64,000 nt of DNA from Dehalococcoidia bacterium. Lineage in GTDB: Bacteria > Chloroflexota > Dehalococcoidia > Lucifugimonadales > UBA3495. Where the stretch lies: NCBI GenBank assembly GCA_022451945.1, contig JAKUNK010000011.1, forward strand, positions 21,255 to 85,254, in the 5' to 3' direction. The notes below the pieces were generated by a model that searched no databases, was not told the origin of the DNA, and worked only from the letters and a program-made list of their open reading frames with translations. Numbering within the stretch: position 1 is the first letter of the stretch; each line of letters starts with the position of its first letter. Shown here in pieces: positions 27,791-36,318 of this stretch. Made by a program: the position numbers and the translations under genes.

Positions 27791-28981
27791 ATGGGGGCAA
27801 AGGACAAACAGCTGCTGGCTCTGACTCAGCCAAGGAAGGAACTGGTAGAAGCAGCCAGAAAGGCAGCCGTTCGAATCGCCGGGCGTGCGTCTGAAGTCGA
27901 TCGAGAACGACGGGTGCCTATGGAGAATATTCAGGACCTCCATGAGGCTGGACTTCTGACTGTCGTCATACCTCGCGACCTGGGCGGCACTGAGGCTGAC
28001 TTGGTGACCCAGGTGGCTATCTATGAATTGATCGGCGGCGCTTGCGCATCCACTGCGTGGGTGATGGGTAACCACTCGGTTTTCTGCACCAGGGCCATGG
28101 GTATGATGGGCACGGACTCCGATTTCTTGATCAGGGACGTGGTGGACAATGGCGCGTTAATCTCCCACGCAGCTATCCCTGGTGGCGACACCAAGCCTGC
28201 CTCCGGCGGGTTTATAGCTTCTGGACGGTGGCCATTCGTCAGCGGATCCAATATCTCCACCTGGATGTTCCTTAGCACTATGGTTGAGGGCGAAAACCGC
28301 TTCATGATCCTGCCCACCAGCCAGCCGGGGCTGATTATAGAGCCCACCTGGCAGGCGATGGCCGCGCGTGGCTCCATGACCAATGACGTACTTCTGGACA
28401 AAGTGTTTGTCTCTGAGCACATGGCCCCCATCGCTAGACGCCCCGCCCCGCATGAACCATGGCTTCCTAACGGCCCGGCGGCGCTCAAGGTGCCAACCAA
28501 GGCCAGGGTCTGGATGTCCGGCATGATGTTGGGCGTAGCCCAGGCCGCTTTAGATGACACTATAGAGTTTGGTAAAGCACGAAGCATGACAGTTGGCGGT
28601 GGCTCCCGGAGCAGCATGCCTGGAAATCAGTTCGCCGTGGCTGACGCTGCAATGGGCATCGAGGCTGGCCGTGCGTTTCTCGTCCAAGAAGCGAGATCCA
28701 TCACGGCCAAATCCATAGTCGGCGAGGACTTCGTCCCCGAAGACGCTGCCCGCATGGAGATGGCTGGACTCGTTGCTAGGGAAAACGCCCAGAAAGCCGT
28801 TGACCGGCTCTTCAGCATCCGCGGCGCCAATGGCCTCTTCGAGGCAGGAACATTCGAGAGATACTACCGAGATGTCCGAATGGGTACTCTTCATGCTGTA
28901 ACCGCCCCCGATCTGGTGCGTGAAGAGGTTGGCAAGCACATATTTGGTATTCCGTCGGACGTACAACCGCGCTGGGCGTAA
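27791..28981 (+). CDS. acyl-CoA dehydrogenase-fold protein (possibly a two-component flavin monooxygenase of the HsaA/DszC type)
   Basis: ACAD-like N, middle and C domains (GLLTVVIPRDLGG; C-terminal FERYYRDVRMGTLH). The second ATG at 27791 has better SD spacing than 27785. Confidence 0.7.
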   Translation: MGAKDKQLLALTQPRKELVEAARKAAVRIAGRASEVDRERRVPMENIQDLHEAGLLTVVIPRDLGGTEADLVTQVAIYELIGGACASTAWVMGNHSVFCTRAMGMMGTDSDFLIRDVVDNGALISHAAIPGGDTKPASGGFIASGRWPFVSGSNISTWMFLSTMVEGENRFMILPTSQPGLIIEPTWQAMAARGSMTNDVLLDKVFVSEHMAPIARRPAPHEPWLPNGPAALKVPTKARVWMSGMMLGVAQAALDDTIEFGKARSMTVGGGSRSSMPGNQFAVADAAMGIEAGRAFLVQEARSITAKSIVGEDFVPEDAARMEMAGLVARENAQKAVDRLFSIRGANGLFEAGTFERYYRDVRMGTLHAVTAPDLVREEVGKHIFGIPSDVQPRWA

Positions 28982-29001
28982 TTACGTGAGGATTGAGGAA
29001 T

Positions 29002-29042
29002 AAAAAGGCCTCGTCCCATTACTAGGGCGAGGCCTTTTTATT
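29002..29042. terminator. bidirectional Rho-independent terminator
   Basis: AAAAAGGCCTCG(T)CCC / GGGCGAGGCCTTTTT hairpin with A and T runs on either side. It sits between convergent genes. Confidence 0.7.
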
Positions 29043-29085
29043 ATCAGGTCCCGAAAAAGCAAAAATTCGTTTGTAGCGGTGGTGT

Positions 29086-29229
29086 TTAGTCGGAAGAGGG
29101 TAGCTTCCGTGGCTCTTGTAACTCCATATCCGTCTCGCAGCAGATTATCTCGCCATCACCGCTCTTAGTGCAGAGCACGCTACTGCCGCATTTTTCACAG
29201 GTGTAACGTTTGCCAAGTTGGTTGGCCAT
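29086..29229 (-). CDS. desulforedoxin-like small Fe(Cys)4 protein (47 aa); not in the ORF track
   Basis: My own translation reads MANQLGKRYTCEKCGSSVLCTKSGDGEIICCETDMELQEPRKLPSSD. The CxxC...CC spacing and YxCxxCG...GG....CC..xM pattern match D. gigas desulforedoxin. GGAGG 9 nt upstream. Confidence 0.7.
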   Translation of the reverse strand: MANQLGKRYTCEKCGSSVLCTKSGDGEIICCETDMELQEPRKLPSSD

Positions 29230-29277
29230 TCGGCGGTCCTCCGTGGGCGATTATAGGGGTGGTTCTTTCTGGGTTTA

Positions 29278-29394
29278 TTACTTGAGTTCCATCGTGGTCT
29301 GGCAACAGGAGATGGAGCCGTCGCCGCCTTTGGTCACGATGAACTCGGAACCGCACTTACCACATACGTAGCGTTTGCCGGTCTGATTTGCCAA
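29278..29394 (-). CDS. desulforedoxin-like small Fe(Cys)4 protein (38 aa), paralog
   Basis: The TTG at 29394 gives (M)ANQTGKRYVCGKCGSEFIVTKGGDGSISCCQTTMELK. GGAG lies 9 nt upstream. The track start at 29475 falls inside the predicted promoter. Confidence 0.65.
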   Translation of the reverse strand: MANQTGKRYVCGKCGSEFIVTKGGDGSISCCQTTMELK

Positions 29395-29446
29395 ATGCTC
29401 AGCTCCGTCGTTGATAGAAATTTTTGATGCACGCAGGCTCACCTCA

Positions 29447-29475
29447 ATTATAGACAAGCCAGATATGGTATACAA
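29447..29475 (-). promoter_or_regulatory. near-consensus sigma-70-type promoter for the desulforedoxin pair
   Basis: Minus strand: TTGTAT (29475-29470), 17-nt spacer, TATAAT (29452-29447). Confidence 0.5.
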
Positions 29476-29515
29476 CTTGACCAGGTCGGTTGATAGGCAG
29501 GTCCGAGGTGGGTTT

Positions 29516-29974
29516 CTAGGTGGACTTGGTCGGTTCTGCGTCGTCGGTGAATCGCACTAGGAAGGTTGCCTCGCCCAATGGAATGCCGTCGAAGAGGATG
29601 GCGGCAGAGTGTATTCCAGGCTTTTGAACCGGAATCCGGAACGTCTTAATCCAGCGTTGGAAAAGAATACCCTCTTCCCATTCCACCTTCTGGGCTGGGG
29701 GTGTCTCAAGAGGAATACCAGGGGTCTTCAAAGTGACGAACAGGTAGTGATCGCCGGGGTCGGCGCCGCCGATGCAGAAAGCCAGGTTGTAGTCGACAGT
29801 AGCGATTACCGGGTTCTCTGATTCGGACGACTCTTCTGGCTCGGGCAGGTCCAACAGGTCAACGATTCCATTAAGTGTCAGTTCACCGTTGTCCGTCTCC
29901 GTGGTGTCTCGGCAAAATAGTGCGTATTTGAGAACGGGGCCCTCGGATTCCTCGGTCAAATCTGAGTCTCCCAT
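29516..29974 (-). CDS. hypothetical protein (beta-rich; possibly DUF6941-like)
   Basis: Coding-like ORF from MGDSDLTEE. LKYALFCRDTTETDNGELTLNGIVD and a C-terminal AAILFDGIPLGEATFLVRF recall an uncharacterised family. No catalytic motif was seen. Confidence 0.45.
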   Translation of the reverse strand: MGDSDLTEESEGPVLKYALFCRDTTETDNGELTLNGIVDLLDLPEPEESSESENPVIATVDYNLAFCIGGADPGDHYLFVTLKTPGIPLETPPAQKVEWEEGILFQRWIKTFRIPVQKPGIHSAAILFDGIPLGEATFLVRFTDDAEPTKST

Positions 29975-30124
29975 CGCCGTCAGGCGTGATAATTTCAACG
30001 TCCAATTCTAGCATGGCTCGTTATCACGGAATACGTAAATCCCTGGCACTTTATTTGGACCATTGCCAACTGCAAACAATATTGAGAAACTAGCCGCGTA
30101 ATATTCACCCTGGGGGTAGTTATT

Positions 30125-30763
30125 GTGGCATCAGCACAAGAGAATCAGCTAGATCAAGCGAAGTTCAATCAGGGTATGACCACCCAGCAATATATCGACC
30201 AGATTAAGGTCAACAAAGACCCGTTTGTGGAGATATATGAGACGGTTAAAATTCCGGATGATTCCTTGAACATATTCAACGGACTGAGCGAACCGTTGAA
30301 CCTGGCTGTGTTCACCGCCGACTGGTGCGGCGACGCCATGAGCACCACTCCCGTGATTCTGAAGTTGGCAGACAGCACCCCTAATATCTTCCTTCAGGTC
30401 TTCAACCGGGATGATGAACTTGAATTGAGCAACAGCTTGATTCCCGAACACCGGGCTGGCACCGTGCCCATTTTTGTGGTCATGGATAAAGACATGCAAC
30501 AGATGGTCCGGTTCATCGAGACCGCTAACAGCCTGGTCCCGGAGATAGATGCAATGGACGCTGCCATCGACCAGGAAGTAGAGGGGATCGACGAAGGAGA
30601 AGCGCGGCGGGTCAAGCGTGGACGGCGCACTTCCTACCGGGTGGAGCGTGCCCAGGCTTGGGGTGAAGTTATTCTGAAAGAATTTGGGGGCTTAGTGTCG
30701 GACGCCTTGGGCGGCGGCGACTTACCCTTTGAAGGCGGAACAAAATGGCCGCCCGAAGATTAG
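30125..30763 (+). CDS. thioredoxin-fold family protein (single-Cys WCGDA motif)
   Basis: AVFTADWCGDAMSTTPVILKL sits at the thioredoxin active-site position. GTG start; 212 aa. Confidence 0.6.
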   Translation: MASAQENQLDQAKFNQGMTTQQYIDQIKVNKDPFVEIYETVKIPDDSLNIFNGLSEPLNLAVFTADWCGDAMSTTPVILKLADSTPNIFLQVFNRDDELELSNSLIPEHRAGTVPIFVVMDKDMQQMVRFIETANSLVPEIDAMDAAIDQEVEGIDEGEARRVKRGRRTSYRVERAQAWGEVILKEFGGLVSDALGGGDLPFEGGTKWPPED

Positions 30764-30812
30764 CGGTTACAACTAACCTTTACCTCTGGAAAACATTCCT
30801 GAGAGGATGGTG

Positions 30813-31088
30813 ATGGCTGAAGACCTGATTACGATGGAAGACATGGCGGCGATTTTTGACGTGACAGATGCACTGGGTATACACCGCGAGTCCGTGCGAG
30901 TCGAACTCAATAAAGAAGATCCAGGCTCCATCCAAAGAGTGGCCGACGGGATGGTCGAAATTACACTCCCGGTCAACGAGAGTGCTGAGATATTCTGTAA
31001 AAAGCTACGTATAGACCTGGAAGCCATGGGTTTCGAACCGGCCGACTCTGTACTCGGCTATGACGACGAGGAAGAGGACGACGACTAA
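30813..31088 (+). CDS. hypothetical acidic protein (C-terminal DDEEEDDD)
   Basis: ORF with a GAGAGG SD 6 nt upstream of the ATG at 30813. No recognisable motif. Confidence 0.4.
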   Translation: MAEDLITMEDMAAIFDVTDALGIHRESVRVELNKEDPGSIQRVADGMVEITLPVNESAEIFCKKLRIDLEAMGFEPADSVLGYDDEEEDDD

Positions 31089-31129
31089 CTGTCCTCTGAT
31101 TGTTTTGAACTGATCCGGCTGCCCCGTTT

Positions 31130-31654
31130 TTAGTAGCCGGGTTCCCGCCATTCGAATGCCAAGCTGGCGTAACGGACGAATACCGCTCCGCCAGGGGCGG
31201 CCATGGGGCCGTTGGCGGCCAATAAGGCGATGGTGTGCTGCTCACCCGGCTGGGCTTCTTCCGACAACACAACCCGTTGGGGAACGTTGAACCCCTGGAC
31301 GGCTCCCCGGTGCCGGTCGCACTCTCCGTCGAGCCATAATTCTCCGTAGTCGTCGATGCACGTTTCAAACTGGACACGGACACCGGTCGTGGGGTGGCCG
31401 TCTACCGTCTCGGGCAGGGTCACTTTGGTCCGGTACCAAACGAAAGAAAATCCTCGGGTAATCCATTTGGCTAGGTCTGAGCACACTTCCCAGCCCGAGT
31501 CGTCATACTCGGGCAGACGGGCTGGTGACCCTTCGAGTTGCGATACTAAGCCCTCGTTGGGCTCACCTGGCACTAGCCCTTGGGCGAACTTCCACTGTCC
31601 CTTCACGGCTGCCAGGCCAGAACCGGTGTTGAGGTCGATGACTGCTCGAGGCAT
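31130..31654 (-). CDS. hypothetical protein with a galactose-binding-domain-like (GH2 N-terminal-like) fold
   Basis: DDSGWEVCSDL...FVWYRTKVTLPE...VRVQFETCIDDYGELWLDGE resembles the sugar-binding jelly-roll of GH2 enzymes. It is standalone at 174 aa. Confidence 0.45.
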   Translation of the reverse strand: MPRAVIDLNTGSGLAAVKGQWKFAQGLVPGEPNEGLVSQLEGSPARLPEYDDSGWEVCSDLAKWITRGFSFVWYRTKVTLPETVDGHPTTGVRVQFETCIDDYGELWLDGECDRHRGAVQGFNVPQRVVLSEEAQPGEQHTIALLAANGPMAAPGGAVFVRYASLAFEWREPGY

Positions 31655-31684
31655 AATCCATCTCCTGTGTTGCTTTATTCGTGA

Positions 31685-32332
31685 CTAGATACCAACTATC
31701 TTGATGCTGGAATGGGCCTTGTAGATCCGGTTGATATTGACCAGCAGTGGGGTTATCTGTTCCACGTATTTGGCGTTGGCCAGGCTGCCGCCATCCACAC
31801 CTCGCAAGTCCTTGATCTGGTCTGCTAATTCCATCACCAGTTTTTTTGCGTCCGAGTGGTCAGAGCAGACAACTACATCCCCGTCCATGGTCGTGGTGGG
31901 GTCAAGGAGTTCTTCGGCACTGGCATTCTGGAACGCGGCCACCACCTGAGATTCGGGCAGCATATCTTGTGCTTCCTGGGCTGCGGAACCGGCTTCTACT
32001 TCCACGGCGCTGGCGCCTTTGCCTCGCTCGAACTTCATGGGAGCGATGACGCTGACTACAATCTTTCCCTTTAGCGCCGGTCCTAAGTCCTCTAGCACCG
32101 GCCGTTGGCCTTCGTAGGGAAATGCCAAGAAGACCACGTCTGCCTGTAACACGGCACCGGAGTTGTCTGAACCTCTAATATCTACGTTGGGAGCCAATTG
32201 AGACAATTCCTGAGCTGCCACAGCTCCCCTGGCTGCGTCTCTGGACCCAATAATGGGAGTTTCTCCAGCCATGGCCAACCGCAACGCCAAACCCTTGCCT
32301 TCTGGTCCAGTGCCCCCCAAGATCGCCAGCAT
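31685..32332 (-). CDS. npdG: NADPH-dependent F420 reductase
   Basis: MLAILGGTGPEGKGLALRLAMAG Rossmann start typical of NpdG. Strong AAGGAGGG SD. Confidence 0.8.
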   Translation of the reverse strand: MLAILGGTGPEGKGLALRLAMAGETPIIGSRDAARGAVAAQELSQLAPNVDIRGSDNSGAVLQADVVFLAFPYEGQRPVLEDLGPALKGKIVVSVIAPMKFERGKGASAVEVEAGSAAQEAQDMLPESQVVAAFQNASAEELLDPTTTMDGDVVVCSDHSDAKKLVMELADQIKDLRGVDGGSLANAKYVEQITPLLVNINRIYKAHSSIKIVGI

Positions 32333-32756
32333 AAGCCCTCCTTAGGCCCTTTCGGTGTAATCGACAGTAGTTGTGCGGCAATACTATAGCCTGAACCTGT
32401 CGGCCTGGGAAGGTCTCGGGTTACGACGTGCGAGTGCAGAGAATCGAGCCTAGAATCTGTAGCATCATCTAAGTTAACCGTTGTTTTTAGCCCGGTGTCC
32501 GGCTGCAGTCGCTGCGGGTCTGATGGGTCCAACAGGTATTTCTCCTTGTGTTCCCAGGCAGGCTCGGCGATAATGGGGCCGATATCCCGCTAGGGCTATT
32601 TTGCCTCTGCGTCAAGTATTCGGAGGCCAAATCATGGATGAAGATGCAAAGAAGACAGCGTTGCGCATGATTCCATGCGGCTAGCCCACCTTGCTTGATA
32701 AGTAGACCGCTACAAAACCTAGATAGAAAACAATCCGACATGGAGGCTCCCAACCA

Positions 32757-33938
32757 ATGGTAGACCTGAGACGTGCAGCCGCGATTGTCGGCGTGCACGA
32801 ACACATCACCCGGTACGCGCCGGATAAAAGCGAAGCACAGATCCAGGGCGAAAGCATCATCAAAGCCCTAGAAGATGCCGGTCTTGAGAAGAAGGACGTG
32901 GACGGTCTGTTCTGCGCTTCTATGTCGGTCCGCAGTAGTGGGCTGAACTTGGCTGACTACCTGAATATGTATCCCAAGATGGTGGACAATACTACTGTAG
33001 GCGGCGGTTCATTCGAGTTCCACCTCTCCCATGCACTGAATGCCATCTACGCTGGTCGTATCAACTGCGCCGTCATCACCTATGCCACCCAAGCCCGGTC
33101 CGGAGGAGTGTCGGTGGGCACGGGCGGCATCAGTCGTCAGGGTCATCCTCGGTTGGACCCTTCTCCTGACAGCTTTGAAGAGCTGTACGGGCTGACCACA
33201 GTAGGCCTCTACGCTATGATTGCCCAGCGGCACATGCACCTTTACGGCACGACCTCTGAGCAGTTGGCCGAGATTGCCGTGACTATGCGTCGGCACGCCG
33301 GGTTGAACCCGGAGGCACTGTTCCGTGACCCTATCACCGTGGATGATGTTATGCGATCTCCGGTGGTTTCAACACCGCTTCACCGTAACGACTGCTGTGT
33401 CATCACTGACGGTGGCGGTGCGGTGGTGGTGGCGTCTCCAGAATTGGCCCGCAACTGCAAGCAGAAGCCGGTCTGGATTCTGGGTGCTGGCGAAGCAGTG
33501 GCCCACCAGGGCGCCGGCAAGCGGGATTTGATGTACATCGCCGCCAAGCAGAGCCACGTCCCGGCCTTCGAAATGGCCCAAGTCACTCAGAAGGACATCG
33601 ACATGGCCATGATTTATGACTCTTTCACCATCACGGTGTTGGAGACCCTGGAAGACCTTGGATTCTGTGAGAAGGGTGAGGGTGGTCAGTTCGTTCTCAA
33701 CGGACGTATAGGTTTGGGCGGTGAGCTTCCCATCAACACCGACGGTGGTGGTCTATCATCAAACCACCCAGGCATGCGTGGCCTTTTCCTTCTGCTGGAA
33801 GCGACTCGGCAGCTCAGGGGACAGTTCGATGGAACCGAACGTCAGGTACCCGATTGCAAGATAGCTCTGTGCCACGGCACAGGTGGAGCCTTGGGCTCCC
33901 GCCACAGCGGCGGCACAGTCATCCTGGCGAGGGATTAG
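32757..33938 (+). CDS. thiolase-fold protein (SCP-x / lipid-transfer-protein-like)
   Basis: C-terminal thiolase motifs NTDGGGLSSNHPGMRG and ALCHGTGGALG. At the position where I expect the N-terminal nucleophile Cys, the sequence reads VGGGS (by-eye alignment). Confidence 0.8.
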   Translation: MVDLRRAAAIVGVHEHITRYAPDKSEAQIQGESIIKALEDAGLEKKDVDGLFCASMSVRSSGLNLADYLNMYPKMVDNTTVGGGSFEFHLSHALNAIYAGRINCAVITYATQARSGGVSVGTGGISRQGHPRLDPSPDSFEELYGLTTVGLYAMIAQRHMHLYGTTSEQLAEIAVTMRRHAGLNPEALFRDPITVDDVMRSPVVSTPLHRNDCCVITDGGGAVVVASPELARNCKQKPVWILGAGEAVAHQGAGKRDLMYIAAKQSHVPAFEMAQVTQKDIDMAMIYDSFTITVLETLEDLGFCEKGEGGQFVLNGRIGLGGELPINTDGGGLSSNHPGMRGLFLLLEATRQLRGQFDGTERQVPDCKIALCHGTGGALGSRHSGGTVILARD

Positions 33939-33941
33939 ATA

Positions 33942-34352
33942 ATGACCACCTCATGGAATAAACCCCTGCCTACAATCATTGGCGAGACCAAGACCTTCTG
34001 GGATATGTGCCGTCGCGGAGTCTTGCTGATTCAGAAATGCGACAGCTGTAACGAGTACCAGTGGTACCCTCGCGGCATCTGCGCCAACTGCTGGTCCAGC
34101 GAGATCAAATGGACGCCATCATCTGGGCGGGGCACGGTCTGGACATACACCGTCACCAACCAGAACCGCACCCAAGGTTTCGACACCGGCCCCTACGTGC
34201 TGGCTCTCGTGGAACTAGATGAGGGAGTACGCATGTTCACCAACATAGTGGAATGCGACCCTAAGGACGTATCCATAGGAATGGCCGTGGAAGTAACCTT
34301 CCAACGTGCCACCGACCAGATATCGGTCCCGCTATTCAAACCCGCTTCATAG
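33942..34352 (+). CDS. Zn-ribbon / OB-fold protein (DUF35 family)
   Basis: CDSCNEYQWYPRGICANC zinc ribbon followed by an OB-fold (GTVWTYTV...). It starts 4 nt after the thiolase-like gene. Confidence 0.8.
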   Translation: MTTSWNKPLPTIIGETKTFWDMCRRGVLLIQKCDSCNEYQWYPRGICANCWSSEIKWTPSSGRGTVWTYTVTNQNRTQGFDTGPYVLALVELDEGVRMFTNIVECDPKDVSIGMAVEVTFQRATDQISVPLFKPAS

Positions 34353-34833
34353 CGCTTGATAAAGAAGCAGGCAAAGCAAAAAGGCATGAACTTTTGCGTC
34401 TCTTCGTTCTTGACTGATAGTTGATTACCTACGGATTTATCGTTTCCGGTGCCATAAGCACGTCACCTTCACCGCTGTCCAGGCCATGATGGTCCGAGGC
34501 ATGCCTGGGCTTGCCCACATTTCGCGCCAGGCCTCCTTCCCTGTCGGTTCAAAGTAATAGCTTGAGATCTTCTGGGCGGACTCCAGCTTCGAACGATTCC
34601 GAATGTTCTGAGTTCTCTGCCGTGGTTATGGTATTGGCTCACCGCATCTGAGGTTATCGCTGTCGAATATATCGTTCTTGGGCTTGGGAGCCTCGGCCTA
34701 GCGCTTTCCTTTAGTACACTTAACAGATTAGATGCACTAGAAACCATGATGATTCACGTCAGGCCTAAACCCCAGACCGGATAGTCGCAGGTATCTGACC
34801 TGCCTGTAGGTTTTGGATTGCCAGGTTGCTCCC

Positions 34834-35190
34834 TCAGCCCTCTTGAGCTTTGATTCGTAACTCCTGGCAGATGTCCTCGTCGGCTTGGGCCAGTTCGGTT
34901 TGGTCGGTGAAGATGTATACCAGAGCTCGCTGGCCATAGTAGTGGTCGGCCGTAGGGTCAATTTCGATGGCCTTGGTCAGGTCTGCGATGGAGTCCTCGA
35001 ACCTGTCCACCTCGTACCAGGAGCAGCCTCGGTGGTAATAGGCTTCAGCGAACTTAGGGTCTAACCCGATTGCTTTCGTGTAGTCTTCGATGGCCTTGTG
35101 ATACACACCGTTGCGGCTGTAACGGTTCCCGCGATCCAGGTAACCGGCAGGGTCCGTGGGTTCTTCTATGTGTTTGCGTTCAAATACCAT
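34834..35190 (-). CDS. tetratricopeptide repeat protein
   Basis: Repeated A-x-x-D-Y-x-K-A-I-x-x-D-P units (AIEDYTKAIGLDP, SIADLTKAIEIDP). Confidence 0.8.
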   Translation of the reverse strand: MVFERKHIEEPTDPAGYLDRGNRYSRNGVYHKAIEDYTKAIGLDPKFAEAYYHRGCSWYEVDRFEDSIADLTKAIEIDPTADHYYGQRALVYIFTDQTELAQADEDICQELRIKAQEG

Positions 35191-35364
35191 TATTCGATGT
35201 TGCGCTTCTCAATACGATAATCGTGAGCCACTACCGAGGCCTTGTGTCCCAATGGAATCGGGCCTGTCAAAGGACCTTCTAGTAAGGGGATCAGTCTTCG
35301 ATCAGCGGCGCCACCATCCTAACACTCCCCATTGCTAAGGGAGAGGAGATTTTTTAGATTCGCT

Positions 35365-36156
35365 CTACATCACAGAACGTACAAGGCCGCCGTCCACCAG
35401 GATGGTGGTGCCAGTGATGTAGGTGGACTTGTCTGACGCTAGGAAGGCCACCAGGTTAGCCAGTTCAACCGGTTCGCCGACGCGGCCTACAGCTGTGTCT
35501 TCAGCTCGCAGTGCCAGGGCATCCTCTACGCTGATGCCTAGTTCCTTGGCACGGGAAGTGACATTGGAGAGCATACGATCACTCAAGATGGAGCCGGGGC
35601 AGACGTTGTTCACTAATATTCCGTCTCGTCCGACCTCGTCGGCCAAACTCTTGGCATAGGCAACAACGCCCATTCTAGTGGCGCCGGAGAGCGCCAGATT
35701 GGGAATAGGGTTGTAAACCGTGCTGGCGAGGATGTTGATGATGCGGCCGCTGCCTCTTGCTTTCAGGTGTGGGAGGCTCTCACGGCACATGCGACCGAAG
35801 AATATCAAAGAGCGCTGAACGGCGGTCTCCCACTGCTCTTCAGTGGCGTCTGCTGAGCGGGCCAGAGGCGGTCCACCCGAGTTGTTTACCAGAATGTCTA
35901 GAGCGCCAAACTCCTTAACGGTAGCATCAATCAGCCCGGTGATTGAAGACAGCTCATCTAGGTCGGCGGCGAAGGTCAATACTTCAGCGCCGGTGGACTC
36001 GCGGATCTCTTTGGCGGCCTGCTCCAAGTCTGCGCTAGTGCGGCTGCAAATGGTTACCTTGGCTCCCTCTTCTGCCAGTACCTGAGCCGAGGCCCGGCCA
36101 AGTCCCTTGCTGGCCCCGCCAACGATGGCGACCTTGTCCTTCAGTCCCAAGTCCAT
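35365..36156 (-). CDS. SDR family oxidoreductase (FabG-like)
   Basis: Motifs VGGASKGLG and NNSG, with the catalytic region in the right place; 263 aa. Confidence 0.9.
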   Translation of the reverse strand: MDLGLKDKVAIVGGASKGLGRASAQVLAEEGAKVTICSRTSADLEQAAKEIRESTGAEVLTFAADLDELSSITGLIDATVKEFGALDILVNNSGGPPLARSADATEEQWETAVQRSLIFFGRMCRESLPHLKARGSGRIINILASTVYNPIPNLALSGATRMGVVAYAKSLADEVGRDGILVNNVCPGSILSDRMLSNVTSRAKELGISVEDALALRAEDTAVGRVGEPVELANLVAFLASDKSTYITGTTILVDGGLVRSVM

Positions 36157-36318
36157 TGTTTTTCCTCATAACCCTTGACCGAGTGGGGTTGTTCGTTCGT
36201 TCTGAGTCTGCCTGCATGGGCAGCAACGAGGATTATATCAGGCGCCAGCCCGAACTTGGTCCATGCTATACTCGCACTCGGTTCCGGCAAAGCGAATCTA
36301 GGCCCAGATGGTGGTGTT

